49,025 nucleotides of DNA, from the NCBI GenBank assembly GCA_018651085.1, contig JABIEQ010000011.1:133598-182622 (forward strand), read 5' to 3'. The translations under genes were made by a program, and so were the position numbers. This document shows positions 9,175 to 17,284 of this stretch, piece after piece. Source of the stretch: Candidatus Magasanikiibacteriota bacterium. GTDB lineage: Bacteria; Patescibacteriota; Patescibacteriia; Magasanikbacterales; UBA922. Each line of letters starts with the position of its first letter. Positions within the stretch are counted from its first letter, which is position 1. The notes under the pieces were generated by a model. The model was not told where the DNA came from and searched no databases. It was given only the letters and a program-made list of their open reading frames with translations.

Positions 9175-10665
9175 TTATGTTTTTCTATTTTTTTGTGCTA
9201 CTTCATACCCAAGGTATTTTCCAAACATCAATCTTGTTACGGCATCAATGGCTGGGATGGCACTTACTATAATAAGAGAGATTGGCATTAATATCCATTG
9301 CAAAAGCATAATAATGTATCTATGTCTTGGATGTGATTCTGGTCGCTTCGGGAGTAATGGAAAACTTAATGCAGCTGACAATAAAAGGGCAAGCATGGCA
9401 AGTCCCATGAGGCGTTGTAATAATTGTGGTGTATTGAAAAATAATGCACTTTGTCTTACGGCATCCCCTGCTACCCAAAATGGGAGTTGGCCAAGGACAG
9501 TAATAATAATGGCAGCGACACACCAGGTCCACTTCCCTTCCCATTCAACAAATAACCATTTTACTTTTTTCCATAAAGGAATAGTTTTTCCTTTTTTTCT
9601 AAATTCCCATAATAAATATGGAATCTGTTCCATTCCCCATGCCCACCGTCTTTGTTGCTTGTATAGATTTTTTATGCTTTTCCATGTTGAGTCATCTCTT
9701 ACGGTGTCCATCGATACAGGAACATACAACGGAGTGACCTCATAGTTTCCATCATACCTTAGAAAGCATTGATAAAACAGCCGCGCGTCTTCACTAATGA
9801 TCCGAGGATCATGAAACCCAATATCAACAAGTGCATTATAACTTAATGAATACGAAGAAAATGTCATCAGTGCATCTTGACGTGCAAGCATCATCATTGT
9901 CCAAAAACTGGTACCAAACGCCATGATTCGTAAAATTGCGGGTGAATCCCAGATGTTATTGTTATACAGTGGTACAGGCTGAAATGAGCTTCTGGTTGGG
10001 TTTGGATGATCAAGGTACGTACACGTGAGATATGCAAAATATGACAAGTGACACATAGCATCGATATCAAAGACAGTCACAACGATTTTTGCATAGTTCC
10101 ACCCCTTCTTATCAATGTAGGCCTTCATCTCTTTTTCTGCGTGATGAAGATTTGAGGCTTTTCCTGGAATCTCTCCTTTTAACCCATGTGGATGACAGGT
10201 TCCTACAATGTCATGCACTTTGTGCCCGTATGTTTCTCGAGCCTTTTTTAAAATACTCTCGAAATTTTCTTTTGCTCGTGCTTCTCCTGCAATAACCACC
10301 ACCATGCTTTCTTTATCGTATGCGGCATTACACACTCGCTCAATTGTTGGTCCAGCAATTGACCAATCTTCATTATATATAGTCAAAAATACTACGTGAT
10401 GGATATCTTTCCAATTTGGTTGTGTATGAAATAAGGTGTCTTTCCAATCTACCTTTCGTACCTTTGAAAAACGAAACCATGATACCCCAAGGTAAAATAT
10501 ATAGCTTGAAGCTTTTAGCACCCAATACACATCAAAAAGAATGATGAAATATAACACCCACACTGGTCTTATAAATGACAAAGTGATACTTCCAATAAGC
10601 GTTCCCCATACTAAAAGTCCTGGCAACATCTCGTACATTCTATATCGTTGAAAATCTGTTAGCAT
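9175..10665 (-). CDS. Membrane glycosyltransferase family 2 (processive type)
   Basis: N- and C-terminal TM helices; GKASN, DID, SED and QRRWAWG (QxxRW) motifs. Confidence 0.85.
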   Translation of the reverse strand: MLTDFQRYRMYEMLPGLLVWGTLIGSITLSFIRPVWVLYFIILFDVYWVLKASSYIFYLGVSWFRFSKVRKVDWKDTLFHTQPNWKDIHHVVFLTIYNEDWSIAGPTIERVCNAAYDKESMVVVIAGEARAKENFESILKKARETYGHKVHDIVGTCHPHGLKGEIPGKASNLHHAEKEMKAYIDKKGWNYAKIVVTVFDIDAMCHLSYFAYLTCTYLDHPNPTRSSFQPVPLYNNNIWDSPAILRIMAFGTSFWTMMMLARQDALMTFSSYSLSYNALVDIGFHDPRIISEDARLFYQCFLRYDGNYEVTPLYVPVSMDTVRDDSTWKSIKNLYKQQRRWAWGMEQIPYLLWEFRKKGKTIPLWKKVKWLFVEWEGKWTWCVAAIIITVLGQLPFWVAGDAVRQSALFFNTPQLLQRLMGLAMLALLLSAALSFPLLPKRPESHPRHRYIIMLLQWILMPISLIIVSAIPAIDAVTRLMFGKYLGYEVAQKNRKT

Positions 10666-11066
10666 ATATTTTTTTTCGGTGTCGTAATATTTGGTTCTCC
10701 ACTATACGTTGCTGATACGTATTGTCCTTTTGGCACATTGTCTAATGCGTTGATAAATCTATCTTCATCATACCCCTCTTCAAGCGTAGTTGTTACAACG
10801 GCAGTATGTTTTGCATAACTAAACCCGTTTGCAACCGTCGTTGCTATTCTTGTACTTGTAAATCCTCCAGTCCCTACGACAACGACAATACCTTGAATAC
10901 TATTTTTATCCAAGCCTTCTTGTATTAAAAACGTATTAATAACGAGAAGAAGCATCTTGTTTCTTCCTGTCTTCAGGCACTCTTTTTTTTCTTTTTCCTT
11001 ATTAAATAAGACCAAATGAATCTGGTCTTTTTGTGACATGTTAATGTAGAGATATGGATTATTCAT
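10659..11066 (-). CDS. tsaB: Truncated TsaB-like protein (t6A biosynthesis)
   Basis: IVVVVGTGGFTSTRIATTVANGF resembles TsaB GPGSFTGLRIG; C-terminal YSGEPNIT; only 135 aa. Confidence 0.7.
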   Translation of the reverse strand: MNNPYLYINMSQKDQIHLVLFNKEKEKKECLKTGRNKMLLLVINTFLIQEGLDKNSIQGIVVVVGTGGFTSTRIATTVANGFSYAKHTAVVTTTLEEGYDEDRFINALDNVPKGQYVSATYSGEPNITTPKKNIC

Positions 11067-11658
11067 CTTTCATGTTATTTACCACTAATACATGATCCCC
11101 ATCAAATAATGAATATATAAATTTATCCATCACATTTCTTCTATCTTTAAACTCTTGGTTAGTCATGATGGTGTATCTAATATCAAAACCAAATTCTTTT
11201 TCGTAGGTACTTATGATTTTTGTCATGACTCTTTCTTTTATCTTTCCTACTAACAAGAGATCACTTTGCACATCTGTATCTCCTGTGAATCTTCCTGTTA
11301 CTAAAAAGAGCGTCACGTCCCCTGCTTTTTTCTTTACTTCTTCGACGAACATATTTTGTTCCATCAACTTTCCCTTTGTTAAAAGGGCCTGTATTTCTGG
11401 GTACAAAATAGACTCAGTATTTAATATATAATATTTTCTGAGCTTTGCTCCGGCGTCACTTTCTTTTATATCTACCGGTGGCGTGGTAACCTGGAGAAGG
11501 GACGACTTAAGTAATAAATCTATTTCTCTACGTACACCATTAATCTGTACCTCTGCTTCTCGCGCAAGCTCTCGTACATACCAAGCTCTACTTGGATCCC
11601 TAAAAAAGATGCCGAGGAGCTTTAATCGTGTTTTTGAACCAAAAAGATGTTCAAGCAT
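11059..11658 (-). CDS. Winged-HTH plus degenerate nucleotidyltransferase-fold protein
   Basis: LFGSKTRLKLL...YVRELARE...VRREID wHTH; C-terminal TGRF...DLLLVG resembles a minimal NTase fold. Confidence 0.65.
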   Translation of the reverse strand: MLEHLFGSKTRLKLLGIFFRDPSRAWYVRELAREAEVQINGVRREIDLLLKSSLLQVTTPPVDIKESDAGAKLRKYYILNTESILYPEIQALLTKGKLMEQNMFVEEVKKKAGDVTLFLVTGRFTGDTDVQSDLLLVGKIKERVMTKIISTYEKEFGFDIRYTIMTNQEFKDRRNVMDKFIYSLFDGDHVLVVNNMKDE

Positions 11659-11732
11659 AATATTCGTATTGATATAATTCTTATTCCCCTCCCTAGACGA
11701 TTGTATCTTTAGAGCTATTTATAGTATACTAC

Positions 11733-11761
11733 AGTATAATTTCTTACCGTAAAAAAGTCAA
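11733..11761 (-). promoter_or_regulatory. sigma70 promoter for the leftward operon
   Basis: TTGACT (11761-11756), 17-nt spacer, TATACT (11738-11733). Confidence 0.7.
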
Positions 11762-11781
11762 AATTGCCTTGATACACTGCT

Positions 11782-13881
11782 ATGACTACCCGCCTCGACT
11801 TGCAAGAATTTTTTGTTGAAGGACATAACCAGAAACGGTCTCATGTACTCCTTCATATTACAGAACCCTCTACCCCTCAAGAGCGTAAAAAGGGGCATTT
11901 TTTTGCTATAGTAGAAATTGAGCATGCGAACCGAGAATATATAGAACAAATTCAACATATTATAGAAGAAGTTGAGGCAAGCTATTATAACTCCCCTACT
12001 CAGGTAAAAAGTACTGAAGCGTTTGAGCGTATTATTGAAGACATTAACCGACGAGGACATCATCTGTTACGAAACCCTCGAATGAGCATGCATTGCGTAC
12101 TAGGAATCATACAAGATACGAGTGTTGCATTTGTATATCATGGATCTCCTCAAGCACTTCTATTTTATCATGCAAAGGGTTCTCTTCATACCCTTGATAT
12201 TTTGTCTGATGAGCCAACATCTTCTTCAACCCAGCTATTTTCTGCTCTGATGGAAGGTGCTATGAATGAAGATGATTTTTTCTATGTGAGTACGCCCTAC
12301 GTACGAGAAACTATTCCTAAAAAGAAACTAGAAACTGTTGTGTCTTCTCGTAATGTCCAAGGGGCAACAGAATATATTGAACATATTTTACAAAATCTCC
12401 GATCTGATCGATCTCATGGAGGAATTCTTTTTCAACTCATTGGTGATGAAGAACCTGTGTCTTCTTCACCAGTACACAAAAATAAAAAAGAACAAAAGAA
12501 AGAACAAGCTAAAGATACTTCTGAATCTAATTATCGTCCACGAAAAAAAGACACCTCTTCTGACTCCTTTTTGAGTACGACACTTATTATGATTGGACGA
12601 ACACTCTTTTCTTTTCTCGGCTTTCTTATTCGTCTTGTTCGTACACTCCTTATTATCTTAGGAAAAATATTCATTCGTTTTTTTATCATTGTTACGAACA
12701 AAGGAAATAATAGAAAAGCGGTTATTAATGAGACAAAACGCGATATTATTTCTCAAAAGGAAAAGATTGTGGCAATGCCACTTATGACAAAGATCTTGTT
12801 TGTATTTGTTCTTATCTTTATTGTTGTCTTTTTATCTAGTATCTTTACCCTTCGAGCAAAAGAAGAGCGGGCCACTGCTGAAGCTCAATATAATCAACAA
12901 CTTGAACGAATAAGCGCGTACCAAGATGAAGCAGAAGCGAGTCTTATTTATGGAGATGAAGAAAAAGCGCTTGTTATGCTTCAAGAAGCAAAAAAGGCAC
13001 TGACAGAACTTCCTAACGAATCAAAGGAAGAAGCGTCTCGGTATAAGACTTTAGAAGACAGTACAAATGTATTACTACAAAAGCTTCAAAAACTTGTTAC
13101 TATTACTCCATCTATTGTAGTCAATATTACTGAGACTCATGAATCATCTAACGTAACTGAACTTGCTCGCATTGGAGATTCTTTTATTGCTTACGGTAAA
13201 AGTGATGAACTTATTTATACCTTTGATCCTGATGTACAAGAGGTGTCAACGAAAACCCATGCAAATGCTCAGGAACTTATTGCTGCAACGACACCGAAGG
13301 AAGAAGATGAAATTATTTTTCTTACTACCAATAATGCTATAGCTTCTTACGATAATGACGCCGGGGTATTTTCTGCACGAGACATATCATTTCTAGAAGA
13401 AAATACTGATACAAATGCCCTTTTTGTATATAACCAACGCCTCTATAGCCTTGATCCAACTCACAATCAAGTGTATAAACACAATCGGACTCAAACTGGA
13501 TATGATAGAGGTACGGCTTGGATTAGTAGCGAGGTTGATTTATCAAAAGCAGTTTCCTTTGCCATTGACGGCAACATCTTTGTCCTTACAAGTACTGGAG
13601 ATCTACACAAATTTACTGCCGGGGAAAAAGAATCGTTTACAATCAAAGGACTTGAACCAACGCTTAGTGCTCCAACCCGTATATGGACCCACAATACAAC
13701 TGAATACATCTATATCCTTGAGCCAGCAGAAAAACGTCTTATTACATTAGATAAAGAAGGAAAACTTATTCAACAATATACGGCAACTGAGTGGCAAGCC
13801 CCAAGTTCATTTATCATTGATGAAGAAAAGGGCATAGCGTACATTCTTGATAGTGGTATAGTCTATCGAATTTCTCTTTAA
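11782..13881 (+). CDS. Membrane protein: degenerate PP2C-like N-domain, TM, coiled coil, C-terminal beta-propeller
   Basis: 699-aa ORF; TM KILFVFVLIFIVVFLSSIF; C-terminal LYSLD/IFVL/IYILE blade repeats; PP2C-like pattern at N-terminus is an inference. Confidence 0.6.
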   Translation: MTTRLDLQEFFVEGHNQKRSHVLLHITEPSTPQERKKGHFFAIVEIEHANREYIEQIQHIIEEVEASYYNSPTQVKSTEAFERIIEDINRRGHHLLRNPRMSMHCVLGIIQDTSVAFVYHGSPQALLFYHAKGSLHTLDILSDEPTSSSTQLFSALMEGAMNEDDFFYVSTPYVRETIPKKKLETVVSSRNVQGATEYIEHILQNLRSDRSHGGILFQLIGDEEPVSSSPVHKNKKEQKKEQAKDTSESNYRPRKKDTSSDSFLSTTLIMIGRTLFSFLGFLIRLVRTLLIILGKIFIRFFIIVTNKGNNRKAVINETKRDIISQKEKIVAMPLMTKILFVFVLIFIVVFLSSIFTLRAKEERATAEAQYNQQLERISAYQDEAEASLIYGDEEKALVMLQEAKKALTELPNESKEEASRYKTLEDSTNVLLQKLQKLVTITPSIVVNITETHESSNVTELARIGDSFIAYGKSDELIYTFDPDVQEVSTKTHANAQELIAATTPKEEDEIIFLTTNNAIASYDNDAGVFSARDISFLEENTDTNALFVYNQRLYSLDPTHNQVYKHNRTQTGYDRGTAWISSEVDLSKAVSFAIDGNIFVLTSTGDLHKFTAGEKESFTIKGLEPTLSAPTRIWTHNTTEYIYILEPAEKRLITLDKEGKLIQQYTATEWQAPSSFIIDEEKGIAYILDSGIVYRISL

Positions 13882-13884
13882 ATA

Positions 13885-13934
13885 TTTCACAATAAAAAAG
13901 AACCCCATTAACGGGGTTCTTTTTTATTGTGAAA
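13885..13934. terminator. Bidirectional intrinsic terminator
   Basis: Perfect 22-bp inverted repeat TTTCACAATAAAAAAGAACCCC-attaac-GGGGTTCTTTTTTATTGTGAAA between convergent genes. Confidence 0.9.
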
Positions 13935-13938
13935 GAAT

Positions 13939-14385
13939 TTACTTTAATGTAACTTTTCCACCAGCTTCTTCAAGTGTCTTTTTGAGTTCTTCAGCTTCAG
14001 CTTTTGGTACACCTTCTTTAATCATAGCAGGTGCTCCATCAACCATACCTTTAGCATCAGCAAGTCCAAGACCTGTGATTGCTTTTACTGCTTTAATGAC
14101 ACCAATCTTGTTGTCACCAATTTCAGTAAGTTCTACATCAAACTCACTCTTTTCTTCAGCTCCACCAGCGTCTCCAGCTCCACCTGCTCCAGGAGCAGCC
14201 ATCATCATTGCAGGAGCAGCAGCGCTTACGCCGAACTTATCTTCAAGAATGCTTACAAGTTCTGCAAGGTCTAGTACTGACATCTTTTCGATTTCTTCTA
14301 CTAGTCCTTTAAATTTTGCAGGAACTTCTACGTCTTTTTTTTCGTCAACTGCTTCTTCAGCTGCGTTTACTTTTTCTTCAGACAT
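13939..14385 (-). CDS. rplL: 50S ribosomal protein L7/L12
   Basis: [34 protein letters not shown] motifs; acidic N-terminal extension. Confidence 0.98.
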   Translation of the reverse strand: MSEEKVNAAEEAVDEKKDVEVPAKFKGLVEEIEKMSVLDLAELVSILEDKFGVSAAAPAMMMAAPGAGGAGDAGGAEEKSEFDVELTEIGDNKIGVIKAVKAITGLGLADAKGMVDGAPAMIKEGVPKAEAEELKKTLEEAGGKVTLK

Positions 14386-14400
14386 ATATAGTCAATTAAT

Positions 14401-14922
14401 TTATGCTTTTTGTTCTTTAATAGCACTCAACACAGTTACGAGTCCACGCAGGTTTCCTGCGAGTACATTTACGAAACCAGAGATAGGTGCGTTTAGGGTT
14501 CCAACCAATTGTCCCAAAAGTTGCTGTTTGCTTGGAAGCTTTGAAAGCTCCGTTACTTTTGCTTCACTGATGAATTGCCCTTCAAGTATCCCTCCAAAAA
14601 TTGTCATCATTTTATGATCTTTTGCAAAGTTTGCAACAATTTGCGCTGGCGCAACTTCGTCTTCTAGACCAATGAATACTGCTGGAGCTCCGTCAAATTG
14701 CTTCGTGTCAATATCCATTCCTACGTCAGCAAGTGCCTTTTTTACAAAAGTTTTTTTACTTGCAACACAGGTAATGTTGTTTTCACGACATTTTGCACGA
14801 AGTTCTTCCATCTCACTTACCTTCAACCCTTGAAAGTTTGCGATAACTACAGCTTTTGCTGATTTCATTCCTTCGGTGATACTTGTGATTGATTGTTCTT
14901 TTTGTTGTTTGGTTTTTGCCAT
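14401..14922 (-). CDS. rplJ: 50S ribosomal protein L10
   Basis: MAKTKQQK start (ATG 14922), NFQGLKVSEMEELR, LSKLPSKQQL motifs; upstream of rplL. Confidence 0.96.
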   Translation of the reverse strand: MAKTKQQKEQSITSITEGMKSAKAVVIANFQGLKVSEMEELRAKCRENNITCVASKKTFVKKALADVGMDIDTKQFDGAPAVFIGLEDEVAPAQIVANFAKDHKMMTIFGGILEGQFISEAKVTELSKLPSKQQLLGQLVGTLNAPISGFVNVLAGNLRGLVTVLSAIKEQKA

Positions 14923-15058
14923 AAAATAAAAAAAATGCGGCAGAAACCACATGACAATAAGGATAATCGACCTTAGATCGGTATTATACCTACAGTTTAT
15001 CCCTCGGCAGCGTATTTAATCTAAGCGATTCTTAGAAGCTACTGTCAGCGGTTTTATG
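14923..15058 (-). ncRNA. L10 leader (ribosomal protein autoregulatory RNA) with probable attenuator
   Basis: Minus strand CC-GCU-GACAGUAGC...UUAAAUAC-GCUGCCGAGG matches the kink-turn core of L10 leaders; hairpin AUGUGG/CCGCAU plus U-tract just before the rplJ ATG. Confidence 0.75.
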
Positions 15059-15063
15059 GGCCA

Positions 15064-15092
15064 ATTGTAGCAAAAAGAAGGTTAGCTGTCAA
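15064..15092 (-). promoter_or_regulatory. sigma70 promoter for rplJL
   Basis: TTGACA, 17-nt spacer, TG-n-TACAAT on the minus strand. Confidence 0.85.
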
Positions 15093-15129
15093 GATATACT
15101 CCTATTATGTGGAAAAGTACCTTTTATTA

Positions 15130-15158
15130 TTGACGATATATGGAAAATGAGATATACT
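15130..15158 (+). promoter_or_regulatory. sigma70 promoter for tRNA-Glu
   Basis: TTGACG, 17-nt spacer, TATACT. Confidence 0.75.
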
Positions 15159-15176
15159 CATCTTGTTCTAATTTAT

Positions 15177-15248
15177 GGCCCCATCGTCTAATGGTTAGGA
15201 TACTTGGTTTTCATCCAAGAGATAGGGGTTCGATTCCCCTTGGGGCTA
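15177..15248 (+). tRNA. tRNA-Glu (anticodon TTC), CCA not encoded
   Basis: Acceptor GGCCCCA/TGGGGCT, anticodon arm CTTGG-TT-TTC-AT-CCAAG, T arm AGGGG-TTCGATT-CCCCT; followed by CAC, not CCA. Confidence 0.96.
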
Positions 15249-15279
15249 CACTAAACGTCGTTCTGAACGACGCAAATCT

Positions 15280-15316
15280 AAAACAAAAGCCGCTCTGTTG
15301 AGCGGCTTTTGTTTTT
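15280..15316 (+). terminator. Intrinsic terminator after tRNA-Glu
   Basis: AAAACAAAAGCCGCTC-tgtt-GAGCGGCTTTTGTTTT hairpin. Confidence 0.85.
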
Positions 15317-15393
15317 CAACAGACCCATGCGTCGGGGTTGTACGCCTAATGTCCCTGTTATGCGACGAATCTTTTGTTTTTGACTGAGTGTAG

Positions 15394-15426
15394 ATCAAAA
15401 GTGAGGTGTTCCATTTTTTCTAGCTA
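15394..15426 (+). repeat. 33-bp direct repeat, copy 1 (30/33 identical to 18124-18156)
   Basis: ATCAAAAGTGAGGTGTTCCATTTTTTCTAGCTA. Confidence 0.9.
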
Positions 15427-15552
15427 ATCCGAGGATTTGTCTACACCGTCGTCTTCTTTTTTCTTCTGACTTACTTCATGCATCCAGATTTCGATGAGGA
15501 GGCTGATGAGTTGGTTGGCCCGGCGTTCCAGGTCTTCTTGTTCGCTTTCCAT
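15424..15552 (-). CDS. Small hypothetical protein (42 aa), not in ORF track
   Basis: MESEQEDLERRANQLISLLIEIWMHEVSQKKKEDDGVDKSSD*; amphipathic helix pattern; its stop codon lies in the repeat. Confidence 0.45.
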   Translation of the reverse strand: MESEQEDLERRANQLISLLIEIWMHEVSQKKKEDDGVDKSSD

Positions 15553-15691
15553 AGATGTTCTTGGCTAATGCAAGAACGATAGCTCTGCAGGGAGCAAGAA
15601 GCAAATTACGGAGAGTGGATAAGTTGGTGGGGAGGTGGAGATGTTTAGTTTTTGGGGTTTTTCTAAACATCTTGAGAGGGGATGTTTAGGT

Positions 15692-16552
15692 CTAGATATT
15701 TATATCAACCCCGTTCTGTGGAACATCTATCCGCGTAACTAGTTCTTCCATTGTATAGTGGACAAACTGTTTACCTAGTTCAGTTAAAACATATCTTTTT
15801 GAGTTTTCAAAAGCTGATGTCATTGTCCGAGATCCTTTAGTGCTTGTTTTTCTTTGTTTTTTTAGGAAGTTCCCAGACCCATCGGTTTGTCTTTCTTGTC
15901 TGATTACTCTACCTTGGCTTAAGTCATCTACTAATAATCTAAACAAATCTGCTTCAGCAGAGTTTTCTCTAGGCTTTGCACCGTATATATTTTCCCATAT
16001 TTCACCACGGGTTATCCTTGGATTCTGATAGACTTCTTTAATTACCTTAAAATGGGATTCATGATACTTGTGTATCCAATCAATAAACAGTCTTACAAGT
16101 TCATCAGGACACAGTTTTGTTGCTCCTGCACTGGTAAGGAGTTTTCTAATTAGTTCTCTTTTTTCTTCTGTGTCAGCTTGATCCCAAGTTCGGAACCCTT
16201 TTCTTACAAGATTCAAGTATTGAGGAGATTCTAGTCTAGATTGTATCTCTTCACCGAATGTTTCCAGTCGGGAGAGTATTTGGAAAAAGGTAAATGCAAG
16301 TTTATGTACTTTTTCTTCATGCTCTTGAAGCCAAAGCTGTTGAAGTTCATTTATTTCTCCTTGTTCCTTTTCAGCATCCTTCGCAGATAATGCTCCAAGA
16401 AATCCTCCAACCCAAGGTATACTGCCTAAGGCAGCGGCAATAAATCTTACGTGGCTCCTTCGTTTTCCCTTGTCAGTTATTTTTGATAACTGATCCTTAA
16501 TCGATTCAGGTAAATTATCACGAGAGATAATTGATGGAATTTTATTAATCAT
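15692..16552 (-). CDS. Hypothetical protein, possibly DUF4393/Abi-alpha-like
   Basis: About 286 aa; Gly-rich N-terminal helices (GSIPWVGGFLG), helical core and C-terminal wHTH-like wing YVLTELGKQFV. Family call is tentative. Confidence 0.6.
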   Translation of the reverse strand: MINKIPSIISRDNLPESIKDQLSKITDKGKRRSHVRFIAAALGSIPWVGGFLGALSAKDAEKEQGEINELQQLWLQEHEEKVHKLAFTFFQILSRLETFGEEIQSRLESPQYLNLVRKGFRTWDQADTEEKRELIRKLLTSAGATKLCPDELVRLFIDWIHKYHESHFKVIKEVYQNPRITRGEIWENIYGAKPRENSAEADLFRLLVDDLSQGRVIRQERQTDGSGNFLKKQRKTSTKGSRTMTSAFENSKRYVLTELGKQFVHYTMEELVTRIDVPQNGVDINI

Positions 16553-16751
16553 ACGCAACAAAAGTCATATTTTTAAGATAAATCATAAATTCTAAGATAC
16601 CTTAAAAGTGATGTTATCGTCTAGGTGCGACATCAAGGTCGCACTCCACCAACATCCTCAAACCCAAACGAAGCAAACACACCCTCCCACTTCCTTATCA
16701 TCTTGACGGTGGTGTTCCATCTTGGGCACAAATGGCCTACCAATGTAAAGA

Positions 16752-16790
16752 GAAACGAAAAACCACCATATACTGGTGGTTTTTCGTTTC
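16752..16790. terminator. Intrinsic terminator hairpin downstream of the 16844-17047 gene
   Basis: GAAACGAAAAACCACCA-tatac-TGGTGGTTTTTCGTTTC inverted repeat. Confidence 0.75.
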
Positions 16791-16843
16791 TGCCCCCCGT
16801 TACCATCGAGAGGTGAAACGGGAGGTGGGGATCTCCTTAGAAG

Positions 16844-17047
16844 TCAGGACTTGGTCAGCTCCGACGGGTCGTACCAGCCGAGGCTGCCATCGTCGTGCTT
16901 GACCTGATAGCACAGGCCATGAGAGTCCGACTCATTGAACACCACTCCCGAGACACCCCAACGGCGATCCTCTGGCTTCCGCCAGCCCGTCACTGTGGGA
17001 TTCTCCTCGGTGGTGGTGACTTTGTCTCCGATCATGATCTGGCTCAT
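16844..17047 (-). CDS. Small SH3/KOW-like beta-barrel hypothetical protein (67 aa)
   Basis: IGDKV...GVSGVV...YQVKHDDGSLGWYDPSEL pattern; AAGGAG Shine-Dalgarno and own promoter; GC-rich codons. Confidence 0.7.
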   Translation of the reverse strand: MSQIMIGDKVTTTEENPTVTGWRKPEDRRWGVSGVVFNESDSHGLCYQVKHDDGSLGWYDPSELTKS

Positions 17048-17077
17048 GATGTCCGCTCCTTGGTTGATGGAAGAAAT

Positions 17078-17106
17078 ACTATATCAGCTAGATACTCCCC
17101 TGTCAA
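17078..17106 (-). promoter_or_regulatory. sigma70 promoter for the 67-aa gene
   Basis: TTGACA (17106-17101), 17-nt spacer, TATAGT (17083-17078). Confidence 0.75.
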
Positions 17107-17284
17107 TTTTAAAGACCCCGCATTTCTGCGAGGTCTTTGATGAAACAATCTATCCACTTTTTGTTTGTTCCGAGCACTATACTCCATAATTATATGAAGT
17201 GCATTGCAGGGTTGGCGTGTCGCATGAGCGAACGCCATTCCCACCTTATCACGCTTCTCCTGAGCGTGTCCCTTGTAGATTGTA

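Noticed and set aside
13982-14617. 211-aa plus-strand ORF
   Set aside because: Antisense shadow of rplL/rplJ with Ser/Pro-rich composition; the same applies to 9158-9745, 23259-23741, 48351-48857 and other short overlapping ORFs.
15476-15670. 64-aa ORF from the track
   Set aside because: Low-complexity, runs through an inverted repeat; the 15424-15552 frame looks more protein-like.
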